A stretch of DNA of 64,000 nucleotides, from the IMG/VR virus record IMGVR_UViG_3300032245_000936, positions 48,658 to 112,657 of that record; one strand, 5' to 3'. Position numbers and translations under genes: made by a program. This document shows, one piece after another, positions 8,793 through 19,300 of this stretch. Below the pieces are notes generated by a model, which was given only the letters and a program-made list of their open reading frames with translations, was not told where the DNA came from and did not search any database. The stretch comes from a virus. Positions within the stretch are counted from its first letter, which is position 1. Each line of letters starts with the position of its first letter.

Positions 8793-9526
8793 TTTCTATA
8801 GATCTCGTTTAATTTTAATACAGTATTTAAGAGCTCTATGTCAAACATATCTGCTAGTGCTTTTGTATCTTTAGGCAAGCACGGGCCACCAAAGCCTCGC
8901 TGGCCATCTGGGCCCGGAACTTGAAAATGATGTGTGCCCATCCATGGCTGCATTTTTAACACATCAACGATACTGTTGTAGTCAGCGCCCAGCTCATTGG
9001 CAACATCATATATGGCATTCATGTATGTTACTTTGAGTGCATAAAAACTGTTCATTGTGTATTTGGCCAATGCCGCAGTTTTTATGTCTGTGAATTTTAC
9101 TGTGCTCATGTTCACATCAGAGTATTTGCGATACAGATCTGCCACACGCTGAGTTTTGTCTGTGTCACCACCTAGTAGTACAAAAGGCGGGTTAATAAAA
9201 TCATCTGCGGCTGTTGCACGGCTTAAAAACTCGGGGTTGTAAACAATGTCGTATTGTTCTAGCACATGTGGAAGTGCTGTGCTTTTTACAACAACAATTC
9301 CTTGGTAATTGGTACTTTTAATACGTTCCAATGTTTCACGTAGTATTTGATAGTTGCTATGATCAGTAGGAGTAGGCACACATACAAAAACAGCGTCAGG
9401 ATTTTCCCCACACATATATTCTATGCTGAGATCGTTGTATGCAGGGTCAGAGAGCATCACTGCGGTTTTACTAAACCCAGTTGCCACCGCCTTGCCAACC
9501 ATTCCGTAACCAATTATTCCGATCAT
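8789..9526 (-). CDS. ugd: UDP-glucose/GDP-mannose dehydrogenase family protein (short form)
   Basis: GIIGYGMVG Rossmann motif, VCVPTP, KST, YNPEFL, AKY..N, catalytic GFGGPCLPKD; lacks the usual C-terminal domain. Confidence 0.88.
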   Translation of the reverse strand: MIGIIGYGMVGKAVATGFSKTAVMLSDPAYNDLSIEYMCGENPDAVFVCVPTPTDHSNYQILRETLERIKSTNYQGIVVVKSTALPHVLEQYDIVYNPEFLSRATAADDFINPPFVLLGGDTDKTQRVADLYRKYSDVNMSTVKFTDIKTAALAKYTMNSFYALKVTYMNAIYDVANELGADYNSIVDVLKMQPWMGTHHFQVPGPDGQRGFGGPCLPKDTKALADMFDIELLNTVLKLNEIYRK

Positions 9527-9551
9527 GAGTTCTTTCGTAGAAACAGGTGTT

Positions 9552-9581
9552 ATTGTAGCAAAACAACAACACCTGTGTCAA
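9552..9581 (-). promoter_or_regulatory. sigma70-type promoter for the ugd/radical-SAM operon, overlapped by an inverted repeat
   Basis: Minus strand TTGACA-18 bp-TACAAT with extended -10 TG; inverted repeat ACAGGTGTT (9543-9551)/AACACCTGT (9568-9576). Confidence 0.65.
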
Positions 9582-9594
9582 GTACTATTTTAGA

Positions 9595-11658
9595 TTATCG
9601 AATTGTAACAGCGGCTTCAACTAGTTCTTCGCCTGATGTTACTTTTTCTTGCAGAGTACGTCCAATTACATTAAATGCTGTGGCTTCACCGGGTTTGGCA
9701 GCACGGGCCACTCCATTTCCTGCACTTACCAAACGGCCATTGCGTTCTACTGGGCCAACCACACGCACAGGAACTCGTCCTGCTAGTGCAACTGGAAGAC
9801 CATCTGAACCTGCATTCAGCACATGTCCTGGATTGGTAGAAATTACGCCAAACACATTTTCACTTGCATCGTCGTTCTCTTGAGTAATTTCAGCTGAGCC
9901 GCCAATTCTTACTAGTGTACCTGGTGCGTAGTCTATGTCACTTGCATAACGTTCTGCCAAGTCAGCGTATCTTGCTTGAATTGACACACCGTAGATGTTG
10001 TTCCACCATGCGCCTGAGCTACCTAGGTTAACTGCGGCATTACCAGCTGGCAATGGAGCAGAAACAAATGTTGCTGTACCGCCAACTGTCAATGTGGTTA
10101 ACTGTGCTCCACTGGCATAAATTACACCAAAACGACTTGTGGATTGACCAATGTCGCCTGACAGGTTAGCACCAAAGTGTGGAAGGCTAGTAACAGTCAC
10201 CGCACCAGAGTAGATGTTGGCAAAAGTACGCAATGGAGTTCCAAGTTCGTACTGGTTATCTGTAGATGGCTTGAGCGTACCTGTTAGGTCCAATGAGCCA
10301 TCTCTGTTTAACTTGTTTGCAGTATGGTTACTGACTTCACCTTGTAGAGCATATACGTTAGAGAACATACTGCCAGCTGGACCTGGTACTGCACCAGCAC
10401 CTGGTTGTCCAAGGTTACTTAGTACGTTGGCATGAATTGCAGAAACGTTTGCCCATAAAGTCAAAAGGTTTCCTGCAAATGTATCGTTGGTTGTGAAACG
10501 TGCGTATGCGTTTGCGGTATATCCGCCTTGAGCAATCGCTAACAACGTTGGGTTATTAAAGCCCAACTGTGATTGTAACAAACGAACGTTACCATACATG
10601 GCTGTGTATGAACCAGTTGTGGTCAATACGTTAGCAACAATAGTACCAATACTGGTATTCAATGTGTTAACGTTTGATGCCAAGTAGGTTTGTAATGTGC
10701 TTGCTAGGTTGTCAACATAGTTCTTGGTTGCAACACCTAGACCAGTTTGTGGGTCGGCCAACACTGTGATCAAACCAGATGATTTGTCAACTGTTAATAC
10801 GTTAACTGTGGCACCAGCCGCGTTGTCAGGTTTGGATTGAATTACTAAACCGTTACCACGTACACGACTGAATAGGTTAACGTTTTGACCAGCGACTGTG
10901 ATTGTGAAGTCTGTCACTGTACCGCCAAGTTCTTGAATGGCCAAACCGTCTGGTGTTTGAATAACCAATTGGTTATTCAAAACTGCATTGGTCTTGGTTA
11001 AGAACTGGTTAGCTGGGACTCCGCCTAGATAAGCAGAGTTGTTGGCATTTTCATAATACAACAACGATGGAACGTTGTCAGAATTTAGGTTAAAGCCCGG
11101 CTTAACAGTTGCAAAGCCTGGCAATGTTGTTTGTGGTGTAAATGCAGAGTCTTTTGACAAGATAGCAACCAAACGGTTCTGCACATAGAACTTGACAACC
11201 ACGTGCGGAAATAGTGTGGTATCAATGATTGTGTCAGCAACCGCACCAGATGTACCAGTGGTTGTGGTAAAGCTAGGGCCAATAATAACCCAGGCTGCAC
11301 CAGAGTATACTTTTAACTGCTGATTAACTGAGTCAAACCACAAGTCACCAGCAACTGCATTGGTTGGTTGATCTGCTAGACTCTGGGCACCAGAAATTGA
11401 CTTCCACGTACCATATGTGTCGTAGACTTGTAACACTCGTGTGTCTGATTTCCACCATAATTGTCCTACTAGCGGATATAATGGTGCGCTTCTGTTAGAG
11501 AAGTTTTCTAGCAGTTTTACAAAATTCTCGTTCAGGAACGTGCCATAACCAGCATAGTTCTTTCCGATCAGTGTTAGACTGGTAGTGATGTTATTGGTCT
11601 GACCGTCTGCGACCACTGTCAACGGCGTTCCGTCTGATTTTACTATGTTATAGCTCAT
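9595..11658 (-). CDS. Tail fibre/baseplate-attached protein with C-terminal autoproteolytic chaperone-like domain
   Basis: N-terminal LIGKNYAGYG..LNENFVKLLENF and GQLWW/GDLWFD modules; C-terminal YADLAERY...GVIST.P...VALAGRVPV (Peptidase G2/IMC-like). Confidence 0.75.
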   Translation of the reverse strand: MSYNIVKSDGTPLTVVADGQTNNITTSLTLIGKNYAGYGTFLNENFVKLLENFSNRSAPLYPLVGQLWWKSDTRVLQVYDTYGTWKSISGAQSLADQPTNAVAGDLWFDSVNQQLKVYSGAAWVIIGPSFTTTTGTSGAVADTIIDTTLFPHVVVKFYVQNRLVAILSKDSAFTPQTTLPGFATVKPGFNLNSDNVPSLLYYENANNSAYLGGVPANQFLTKTNAVLNNQLVIQTPDGLAIQELGGTVTDFTITVAGQNVNLFSRVRGNGLVIQSKPDNAAGATVNVLTVDKSSGLITVLADPQTGLGVATKNYVDNLASTLQTYLASNVNTLNTSIGTIVANVLTTTGSYTAMYGNVRLLQSQLGFNNPTLLAIAQGGYTANAYARFTTNDTFAGNLLTLWANVSAIHANVLSNLGQPGAGAVPGPAGSMFSNVYALQGEVSNHTANKLNRDGSLDLTGTLKPSTDNQYELGTPLRTFANIYSGAVTVTSLPHFGANLSGDIGQSTSRFGVIYASGAQLTTLTVGGTATFVSAPLPAGNAAVNLGSSGAWWNNIYGVSIQARYADLAERYASDIDYAPGTLVRIGGSAEITQENDDASENVFGVISTNPGHVLNAGSDGLPVALAGRVPVRVVGPVERNGRLVSAGNGVARAAKPGEATAFNVIGRTLQEKVTSGEELVEAAVTIR

Positions 11659-11697
11659 GTGCCTTAAACTCCAAGTTAAAGTTATTTATTTTCATAA

Positions 11698-14469
11698 TTA
11701 CGGTAGGTATTGGAACCATATATCGTTGTCTGCTCCGTCGCCAGATCCAGGTGCGGCTGTAGAAATGTATTTTCTGCTACCACTCCAATATGGCACGCTT
11801 GCATAGGTTGTTGCCCAGGTTTGTACCCATCCAGTACTAGCTGCCTTAGCAGTGTTATCAGTAGCAGGCGCGGTATTACCCAGTGTCACTATCCCTGTAA
11901 ATGTTGGATTGTTAATTGGTGATTTTGTGTTAGCAACAGTCATAACAAATGCTGTGCTGGCAATCTGCAGGTTTGCTGTGCCTGCAGGCGCTGTTGGGAC
12001 TGCAGGAACTCCACTAAATGCTGGACTTGCAATTGGTGCGGCGCCAGTGATATCTCCAACAACCAGAGCTACATTGCCTATTTTGCCTGCTACACTCAGT
12101 ACAGGTGATGATGTTTTAACAAACTGTGTTGTGGCAATCATTGAGTTAGATGTTGTACTTGGTGCTGTGGGTGCCTCTGGTACACCAGTTAAAGTTGGAC
12201 TTGCCAAGTTAGCCTTGATGCTCATCAAATTGTCGGTAACCGACAGCATCAATACATTTGCCGCTGTTACTTTATTGTGAACATACTGGGTCGTGGCAAT
12301 CATTGTACTAACATTACTGTCAGTTGGTGTCACTGATTGCGGAACGCCAGTTAGTACAGGGCTTGCAAGCGGAGCTTTTAGTGCTAACTGTTGATCTGTA
12401 TAGTCTCTGAGAGTTGTTACTAGGTTACCAACAAACCAAGTATGTGCAATTTGCAGAGTGCGTGTTGCGTCACCGCTGGCTGGACTTGGTACTGTTGGAA
12501 TACCAGTGAACTCTGGGCTGGCAATGTTGGCTCTTAATAAGATCTGAGCATCTTGTGTTAGTGCATTGGCAGTGAATTTGTTGTCTAGATCATCTAGTCC
12601 GGTTGTAACAAACTCTGTTGTTGCCAATAGTGTTGAGCTGTCGCCTTGATTTGCAGTTGGTGCTCTTGGGAATCCAGTAAATGTTGGATCAGCAATGTAC
12701 GCTTTGAGATCAACATCTACTCGCAGAGCATCGGCAGTGGCAATAATTGTATTGGCCAATGCACTTATGTTGCTAAAACTTCGTCTGTTAACAGGTGCGC
12801 TTGGACCAATCAGTGTGTTTACATTGTTTTCAAGATTAAGTGTTACCGCTGCGTTTGCTTGGTCAACATAATTTTTAGTAGCAACGCCCAATGATGATGT
12901 TGGATCCATACGAACTTCAACATTACCGTAGCCGCCATTGATGTATAAACTGCGTACACGATTTCCAGCAAGTGTAAAAGTCTCGCCTAGTCCAATGTTA
13001 GCAGGACTGCTTAAAAGAATTTGACTATTGCCGCTGAATATATCTGCTACAACAATTCTATCTTGTGCGCTGACATTTCCGCTAACAATAATATCGCCAA
13101 CGAATACATTACCTGTACTCTGCACTGAGATCAAATTTGATAACACTGCCCCAATAGAAGCTGTGGCACTACGAGGTGTTGTTGTGGCAACACTGGTATA
13201 GACGCTGATATCGTGCCCGAAGCCATTGCTATCAATTTGAATATCGCCACCAGCTGGCGGTGCTTTGATGCTAAAGTTGTTGTCTGCACCAACATACAAG
13301 TTGCCAGTGGCCAGACTTACATCTCCTAAGAATGTTTCATCTCTGTCTCGACGTGCATAGTTGTCAGGAGTAACATTGTTTAATTTTAGTGCATTTGACA
13401 CTGTGCCATTGAACATGTAATCTTTGTCGACGCCACCTTGTAATTCTACCAGCTCGCCTGTTGCAACTGCTGTAGTTGTGTTAATAGTTACAGTTGAATT
13501 TGCTGAATCAATTGACCCAACTGTGATTCCTGATGAAAACGCTACATTGCCACTGATAAAATAATCGCCAATTCTTATATTTTCAGTGCTGGATAGTTGT
13601 ATTGTGGTCTCACCTGATGAACCTTGTGCTGTTGCTGTAACTGTTTTGACCACTCTGCCTGCGGTAGTACTGTGTAATGTTATACCTGGGCCAATGATTC
13701 TGAATCCTTCGATTGCAGAAGCAACTGCTAGAGTAAATTCTGCGTCCTTGCTGGTAACGCCAAGTACCTTGCCGTTGGTATAAATTAAACCAATGGTATG
13801 AACAATTCCGTTTGTGTCTGTTACTGTGCGTGGAGATATGCTGGTATTGCGTTGTGATCGTGTCCAACTTGGTCCAACTATGTACCACCCGGATCCATTG
13901 ACAAATGTAACTGTCTCACCGTATCCAATGGTATAAGGATTAGTAATGCGAACGGTTGTTCCACTGGTAATTTGCTCAACTACTGCAAAGTCAACAGGTC
14001 CAATATTAGCGTGTTGTACTATGTCACCTACTTGAATACCGGTTGTGGTGTTTACTGTTACCACATTGCCAGTGCTAGGCAATGTTGAAGTCAATACGTT
14101 TGTGGTTTGACCAGACCAAACTTTCATTTGATACTCAGTAGTGTCCCACCATAGGTCGCCTATACGAGCACCTGCTGTTGCTGGTGTGCTACCGGAACTG
14201 ATTAAAAATGCCAGTGGTTTCCAGTTTGTGCCTTCCCATGCGCTTAGTAACTTGGTTGTGGTGTTCATCCACAGTTGGCCAACCAATGGTAAAATTGGTG
14301 CCGCGCTGTTGGCAAAATTTTCCATCAAGTGGACAAAGTTGTCGTTGATGAATACGCCGTAACCAGAATAATTTCTACCAACTAGCGTAATACCGTAATC
14401 AGTATTAAGCTGGGTATCTGGTACTGGAACCAGTGTGTCACCGTTTGTTTTAATTATTGTATATGACAT
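11698..14469 (-). CDS. Tail fibre protein
   Basis: Same N-terminal module as 9595-11658; several (L/I)ASPxxTGxPxxPT...xATTxxV fibre repeats; C-terminal GADNDIWFQY. Confidence 0.8.
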   Translation of the reverse strand: MSYTIIKTNGDTLVPVPDTQLNTDYGITLVGRNYSGYGVFINDNFVHLMENFANSAAPILPLVGQLWMNTTTKLLSAWEGTNWKPLAFLISSGSTPATAGARIGDLWWDTTEYQMKVWSGQTTNVLTSTLPSTGNVVTVNTTTGIQVGDIVQHANIGPVDFAVVEQITSGTTVRITNPYTIGYGETVTFVNGSGWYIVGPSWTRSQRNTSISPRTVTDTNGIVHTIGLIYTNGKVLGVTSKDAEFTLAVASAIEGFRIIGPGITLHSTTAGRVVKTVTATAQGSSGETTIQLSSTENIRIGDYFISGNVAFSSGITVGSIDSANSTVTINTTTAVATGELVELQGGVDKDYMFNGTVSNALKLNNVTPDNYARRDRDETFLGDVSLATGNLYVGADNNFSIKAPPAGGDIQIDSNGFGHDISVYTSVATTTPRSATASIGAVLSNLISVQSTGNVFVGDIIVSGNVSAQDRIVVADIFSGNSQILLSSPANIGLGETFTLAGNRVRSLYINGGYGNVEVRMDPTSSLGVATKNYVDQANAAVTLNLENNVNTLIGPSAPVNRRSFSNISALANTIIATADALRVDVDLKAYIADPTFTGFPRAPTANQGDSSTLLATTEFVTTGLDDLDNKFTANALTQDAQILLRANIASPEFTGIPTVPSPASGDATRTLQIAHTWFVGNLVTTLRDYTDQQLALKAPLASPVLTGVPQSVTPTDSNVSTMIATTQYVHNKVTAANVLMLSVTDNLMSIKANLASPTLTGVPEAPTAPSTTSNSMIATTQFVKTSSPVLSVAGKIGNVALVVGDITGAAPIASPAFSGVPAVPTAPAGTANLQIASTAFVMTVANTKSPINNPTFTGIVTLGNTAPATDNTAKAASTGWVQTWATTYASVPYWSGSRKYISTAAPGSGDGADNDIWFQYLP

Positions 14470-14475
14470 AATTTA

Positions 14476-15147
14476 TTATCCTATCGAGCTCAGGTTTGTC
14501 AAGGTTTGTATACGCACTGTGTAATCAACCTGTACCAGTCTGTTCAATGATTTTTGAACAGGGTGAAAGATCACGTGTGTTAGCAGTTTTCCGGCGCCAA
14601 GAACACCATCAGGTGATCTTGCCTTGATACCCAGTTCGTCGAAAGTAAATGCGTCATTTAATGTTGAGCTGTTGTCGAAAACACTTTGAGTAGCTGGCTC
14701 ACCGTAGTCTAGCAGGCAGGTTATTTTGATATCAGTAAAAGCATTTCCTGGTATGTGGCGTACCTCCATTTTATTATGGAAAGGATCAGGATTGTTTGCT
14801 GTGTCTGTATCGTCAATTACCTTGAAATATGTTGGGTTGTACAAATTAGCGTTTTGGCTGTTGGTATTAGGAATCAAATAAGTGATAACTCCAGTGGAAT
14901 CCACTGCACTGCCCCCGTTGCCAAAGTGCATTTCGTACATGAATAGCTGATCACGGTGGCTTAAACTGTAGGCCAATGCTTCACTCATGTTTTCGTAGTG
15001 AATTGCATTTGGCTTGTCTACGTACACTTCGCCAGATTCTGGATCGTGAATTTTAATATGCCCGCGAACATACACTCCTCCCACGTCGTTTGGACGTTGT
15101 GACTGAGTTACGGGCTGTTCCTGTGGATTGTCTGTATTTTGATTCAT
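14476..15147 (-). CDS. Baseplate/tail-collar fibre-attachment protein
   Basis: FGNGG...FDELGI...LLTHVIFHPVQKSLNR..YTVRI pattern of tail-collar-like proteins. AAGGA RBS favours ATG at 15147. Confidence 0.65.
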   Translation of the reverse strand: MNQNTDNPQEQPVTQSQRPNDVGGVYVRGHIKIHDPESGEVYVDKPNAIHYENMSEALAYSLSHRDQLFMYEMHFGNGGSAVDSTGVITYLIPNTNSQNANLYNPTYFKVIDDTDTANNPDPFHNKMEVRHIPGNAFTDIKITCLLDYGEPATQSVFDNSSTLNDAFTFDELGIKARSPDGVLGAGKLLTHVIFHPVQKSLNRLVQVDYTVRIQTLTNLSSIG

Positions 15148-15173
15148 ATCCTTATTTAGCATGTTGCATTATC

Positions 15174-16319
15174 CTAAGATGTAAGAGTACGTATACCCAG
15201 GCTGGTAATTAAGTTTCCTGCTGTGATATTGCCTGAAATTGTGGCGCTGGGTGTATCGCAAAAACTTCTGGTAAGCCCGGTTAGAGTACTATTTGACTCC
15301 CAGGCTTTTTCGTATAAAATAACTTCTTCTCTAACCCTAACAGACCCTTTGATATCATAGGGCGTAAAGTGCAGAACTGCTCCCGACGTTATTGTTAAAT
15401 TACTGCGTATTGGGTTCAAGCGAATTGTATTGTTATTGGTAAAAATCCTATCAACAATGGTGTTGCTACTGGTCGGAATAACATCTGTGTCTGCTCTAGC
15501 ACCAATTGTAATGCCCAACACTGTGGTCACTGGCACAATCAATACATTAGATACCAGCAGATTTGCTGTGACCGTGGCATTTGCGTAAACTTCGCTGGGA
15601 GAAGGAAACAATGCAATATTGCTCACAGTGATTTCTGCATTTGCTCCTGCTATTAAATTTGCTGTGATTGTGTCGTGTTTGGGCAATCTTGGATCAAGCC
15701 CAATGTCGTATGCCAGACTCTCGCGCAAAAATTGCGCTGGTTTGCTGGCTGCGGCCCAAAGGCCGTTGCCTTGAACTAGTGTTTGAAACTGCAAAGTATC
15801 ACCAATGGTGAGTGCAGGAATATTGCCTGATACAGTAATTGGGGTTGTATAAGTTTGCGCCCAGGCCACTACATTTGACGACCCTTCTACAATACTAGAA
15901 TCTCTAATTACCACATTGCCGCCTGTGTAATATCCTGATCCACCAGATGTTACTGCCACTGCACGTACCTGCGATGATGATACAAAAACTTGTCCAAATG
16001 TAGCAGGCACTTGTGCATTACCCGATTCGTCACGCACTGAAATAGTCAAAATATTTTGTATACTGTTAACCTGTGTGAACGAACCAATTATAGCAACGTT
16101 GCTATTTGCGTAAGAATAAATTGGTTTAACAGGATTAACTCCAGACACCTTGGCTGCTGTGCCTCGGGTACCACCTCTAGTAGTGTCCAAAATCAAGTGT
16201 CCACTTTCAACAAGTGATTGGTCTTGTATCCATAACACCGACGAGAACACGGTGTTTTCGGCACTACCATATGAAGTAGTTGAAGCAAAATTAAGTAAGG
16301 TTGTGTTGGCTACAATCAT
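15174..16319 (-). CDS. Virion structural protein
   Basis: Beta-rich with a GGSGYY motif; C-terminal module resembles the C-terminus of the 6226-aa protein. Confidence 0.65.
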   Translation of the reverse strand: MIVANTTLLNFASTTSYGSAENTVFSSVLWIQDQSLVESGHLILDTTRGGTRGTAAKVSGVNPVKPIYSYANSNVAIIGSFTQVNSIQNILTISVRDESGNAQVPATFGQVFVSSSQVRAVAVTSGGSGYYTGGNVVIRDSSIVEGSSNVVAWAQTYTTPITVSGNIPALTIGDTLQFQTLVQGNGLWAAASKPAQFLRESLAYDIGLDPRLPKHDTITANLIAGANAEITVSNIALFPSPSEVYANATVTANLLVSNVLIVPVTTVLGITIGARADTDVIPTSSNTIVDRIFTNNNTIRLNPIRSNLTITSGAVLHFTPYDIKGSVRVREEVILYEKAWESNSTLTGLTRSFCDTPSATISGNITAGNLITSLGIRTLTS

Positions 16320-16320
16320 G

Positions 16321-19300
16321 TTATTGTCCTAAGTCCAGCCATATACTACCCTGTGGTACATGTGTGGTTGTTGCTACTCGATACACAGCAGTATTTTGGA
16401 TGCTTGCATTACCAATATTGTTGTACACAGAGTAATCATTTGAGATTGTGAGTACTGTATCAGTTTCAAACTGTTGTACTGGGCTTGCATCAGTAATTAT
16501 GCTTCCGGCCACATGCACCAAAGGAATACTTGTTCGTTGTGCTCCACGACGTATGTCTGTTAGCACCCCACGGTTAAGGTCAATTCCAAAATAGTTAATC
16601 TTTTCGCCATTGACCCAAATACTGCCTGGCTGATTGATAGCTGCCGCTGGTGCTGGCAATCTAGCAATGTCAGCTACTGAAATCTCAGTGTCTTCATAGG
16701 ATAGGTTGGCAGTCAACACTGTGGTATTTGCATCTGGCAATCTGTAATAGACCGTTGACAGTTTATAATCAGTGAAGATCTTGAAGGCTGTTACATTACC
16801 ATAGTCAATGTTGCCATTGGTTACATTTGCAGTAAACACATTCATTTGTAAACTGTCAATCACCTGACCAGGTACCAGCTCTTCAGGAGCATGACTACTA
16901 TACTTGTCAATAAATTTACCGCCGTCAACAATGATATCTTCAGGACGAATACCTAATAGGTTATCAGTGTATTCACTGCTGATAATAGTATCTAAACTCA
17001 ATGGATCAGTATTGGTTTGTAAAAACTCCTGCCCTTTTACCAAGCCGCCTGGATAACTTGCACCCGGAATCTTATCAGGAATATCTCTATACAAATGATC
17101 TAGTACGCCAGCAATGTTGTATTGGGCAGTACTCACAATTTTTGTTCCAGACTGTATACCAAACACAGTGTCAGGGGACAACACATAATCAATTTTTAGA
17201 CCGTCTGTGGTCTCAAATATCAATGTGGTTGTGTTATTACGCACATCCTGTGTTGTTGTTTTTTGTATTTTTGTACCTGTTGCATCAAAGAATGTCAATG
17301 ATGTTCCGGCCGGAATAGCAACACTGGTGTCAGTTGACGGTTTATTTGGCAGAGACAACGGCTTGTTCAACTGCAATGTTGTTTTGTTTACAACAATTGA
17401 TTCGTAGTTGATGTTGTTGTCGCGTCCAGATCCACGTGCAAACTTCCAGGTGAACTTGGCAAAACGTCCAATTCCGTTAACCGTTGCAGCAAGAGGAATA
17501 CCAGTTCCGCTGATAGACCAGTTAGCAGTTACCTTTTCGTATCCATTTACATATACCACTGAGTCGCCTTTAGCGGCTGTGCGACTCACTGTTAGAGTTT
17601 TGGTTGTTGCTGTGTCAATGTCTGTAAATGTCAATACTGTGCCTACTGGAATTTCTGCAGTAAACAAATACTCTGCAATAAAAGATCCTAGCACTGTGGT
17701 TGTAATATTTGCAGAAGCAAAACTAATTGTGATGTTCCAACTGCCAGCAATTAACTCAACGTTTGTAATAATGGAATCAGTTGGTAACCCAGCACCGTTG
17801 AGAGTCATACCTCTAATAGGTGCGCCAATTACATCAGTTACTGGTATAGAAATTATCAGCGAAGTTAATCCAGTACCACCGGTCCAGTGTGCAGATGAAT
17901 TTCTAGTGTACGCATACCTATTAGGATTTATATTGCCTAGCTCAATGTATACTTCGTCATTGTATCCTGGGTAGCCCCAGATCACAGTAGATTTATTACC
18001 TACTACAATAAACTTTTCGCCGTCCCAGCTAATGTCAGTGAAATCGTACTTGCGTACATTTTCTGCGCTCAGCGGAAGAACAAAGTTATCAGAATCAAAT
18101 TCACGGAAGTTTTTAAACACATTGATACCGTAGTTCATCACAACCTTACCAATGGTATCTGCACCTGTGTCTGCATTGCCTAGTTGAACCTGTAGCGGAC
18201 TATCTAGTTTGTTCCAGATCAAAGTGCCACCGGATCCAATTGCAATAATCCACTGTCCTACATCATCACTGATCGCAATGGCATTGATTTGCTCTCCACT
18301 ATAACCATCGCTGTCGCCAGCAACAGACTTAGGCACATTCATTGGAATCCATGGGTAGTTAAAATCAGTGCCTTTGCCGCTATCATAGTTATAGCTTAGT
18401 TTGTATCCTTGTTGTAGATCATCAAGTCTGTTATAACTGGTGATGTACATGTTTCCATTTATGCCGCCAATTACCACAAAACCAACTTGCATTGGTTTCC
18501 CAAACCCATTTAGTGTAAAACTACCAGAACCTTCAAGATTTGCGTTATAGTATGCAAAATGTACCATTTGTGCCGGACGTGTTGTACCCACTGTGCCAGC
18601 TGCCGCAATCGCAGTATTTTCCGTAAAGCCCAACTGTATCACAGTGGTGCCTGGTGTTGTTGAACTATCAACGTTGATCACGCCGTGATTTGTTGGCACG
18701 TACGGACTGATCATTGTCATACCAAATTCAATAGTACCAGAAATATCCGCAGTTGGAATTCTTACAATCAACGTGCTACCAGTCACTGCTGCCCAGGTTG
18801 CTGATGCGCGAAGTGTTTTAGCGCGAATAAACAAAGACAAATCGCCAAAACTTCTAGAGTCCACTGCTAAGAAATTAGCCGGAGTATTGTATACCTTAGG
18901 CTGTGCTTTGGCTGCGTACCAAGTGTTTTCAAACGGCGCACTGGCATTAGTATCTGTTGGGTTCAACAGAATAGTATCACTGTTACCCACAGTTAAAATA
19001 TAACTGCCTTGTGTGCTAGTAAATGCTGTGACGCCAGTTAAGTCAACTGCTTGTGCGGCTTCGTTCAGTACCAAACCATTCACAGCATCTAGCGAAGGAC
19101 TGTATCTAAATGTTATAATTTGATCAATGTTCCAATTAACAGCATCCAAGCTGGTTAGAACATATCCACGGTTACCAATAGCCACCCATGTTGTGCCGTT
19201 ATAATACACCACGTCTCGCAAGTTCACTGCTTGATCATTCAATGGCACGTTGGTCCAGTTAACACCGTCTTGACTGTAGCTTAATAGTCCTCGCTGACCA

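Noticed and set aside
9347-9883. 178-aa plus-strand ORF and the many other short antisense ORFs across 10-45 kb
   Set aside because: All lie opposite well-supported genes and lack motifs or RBS.
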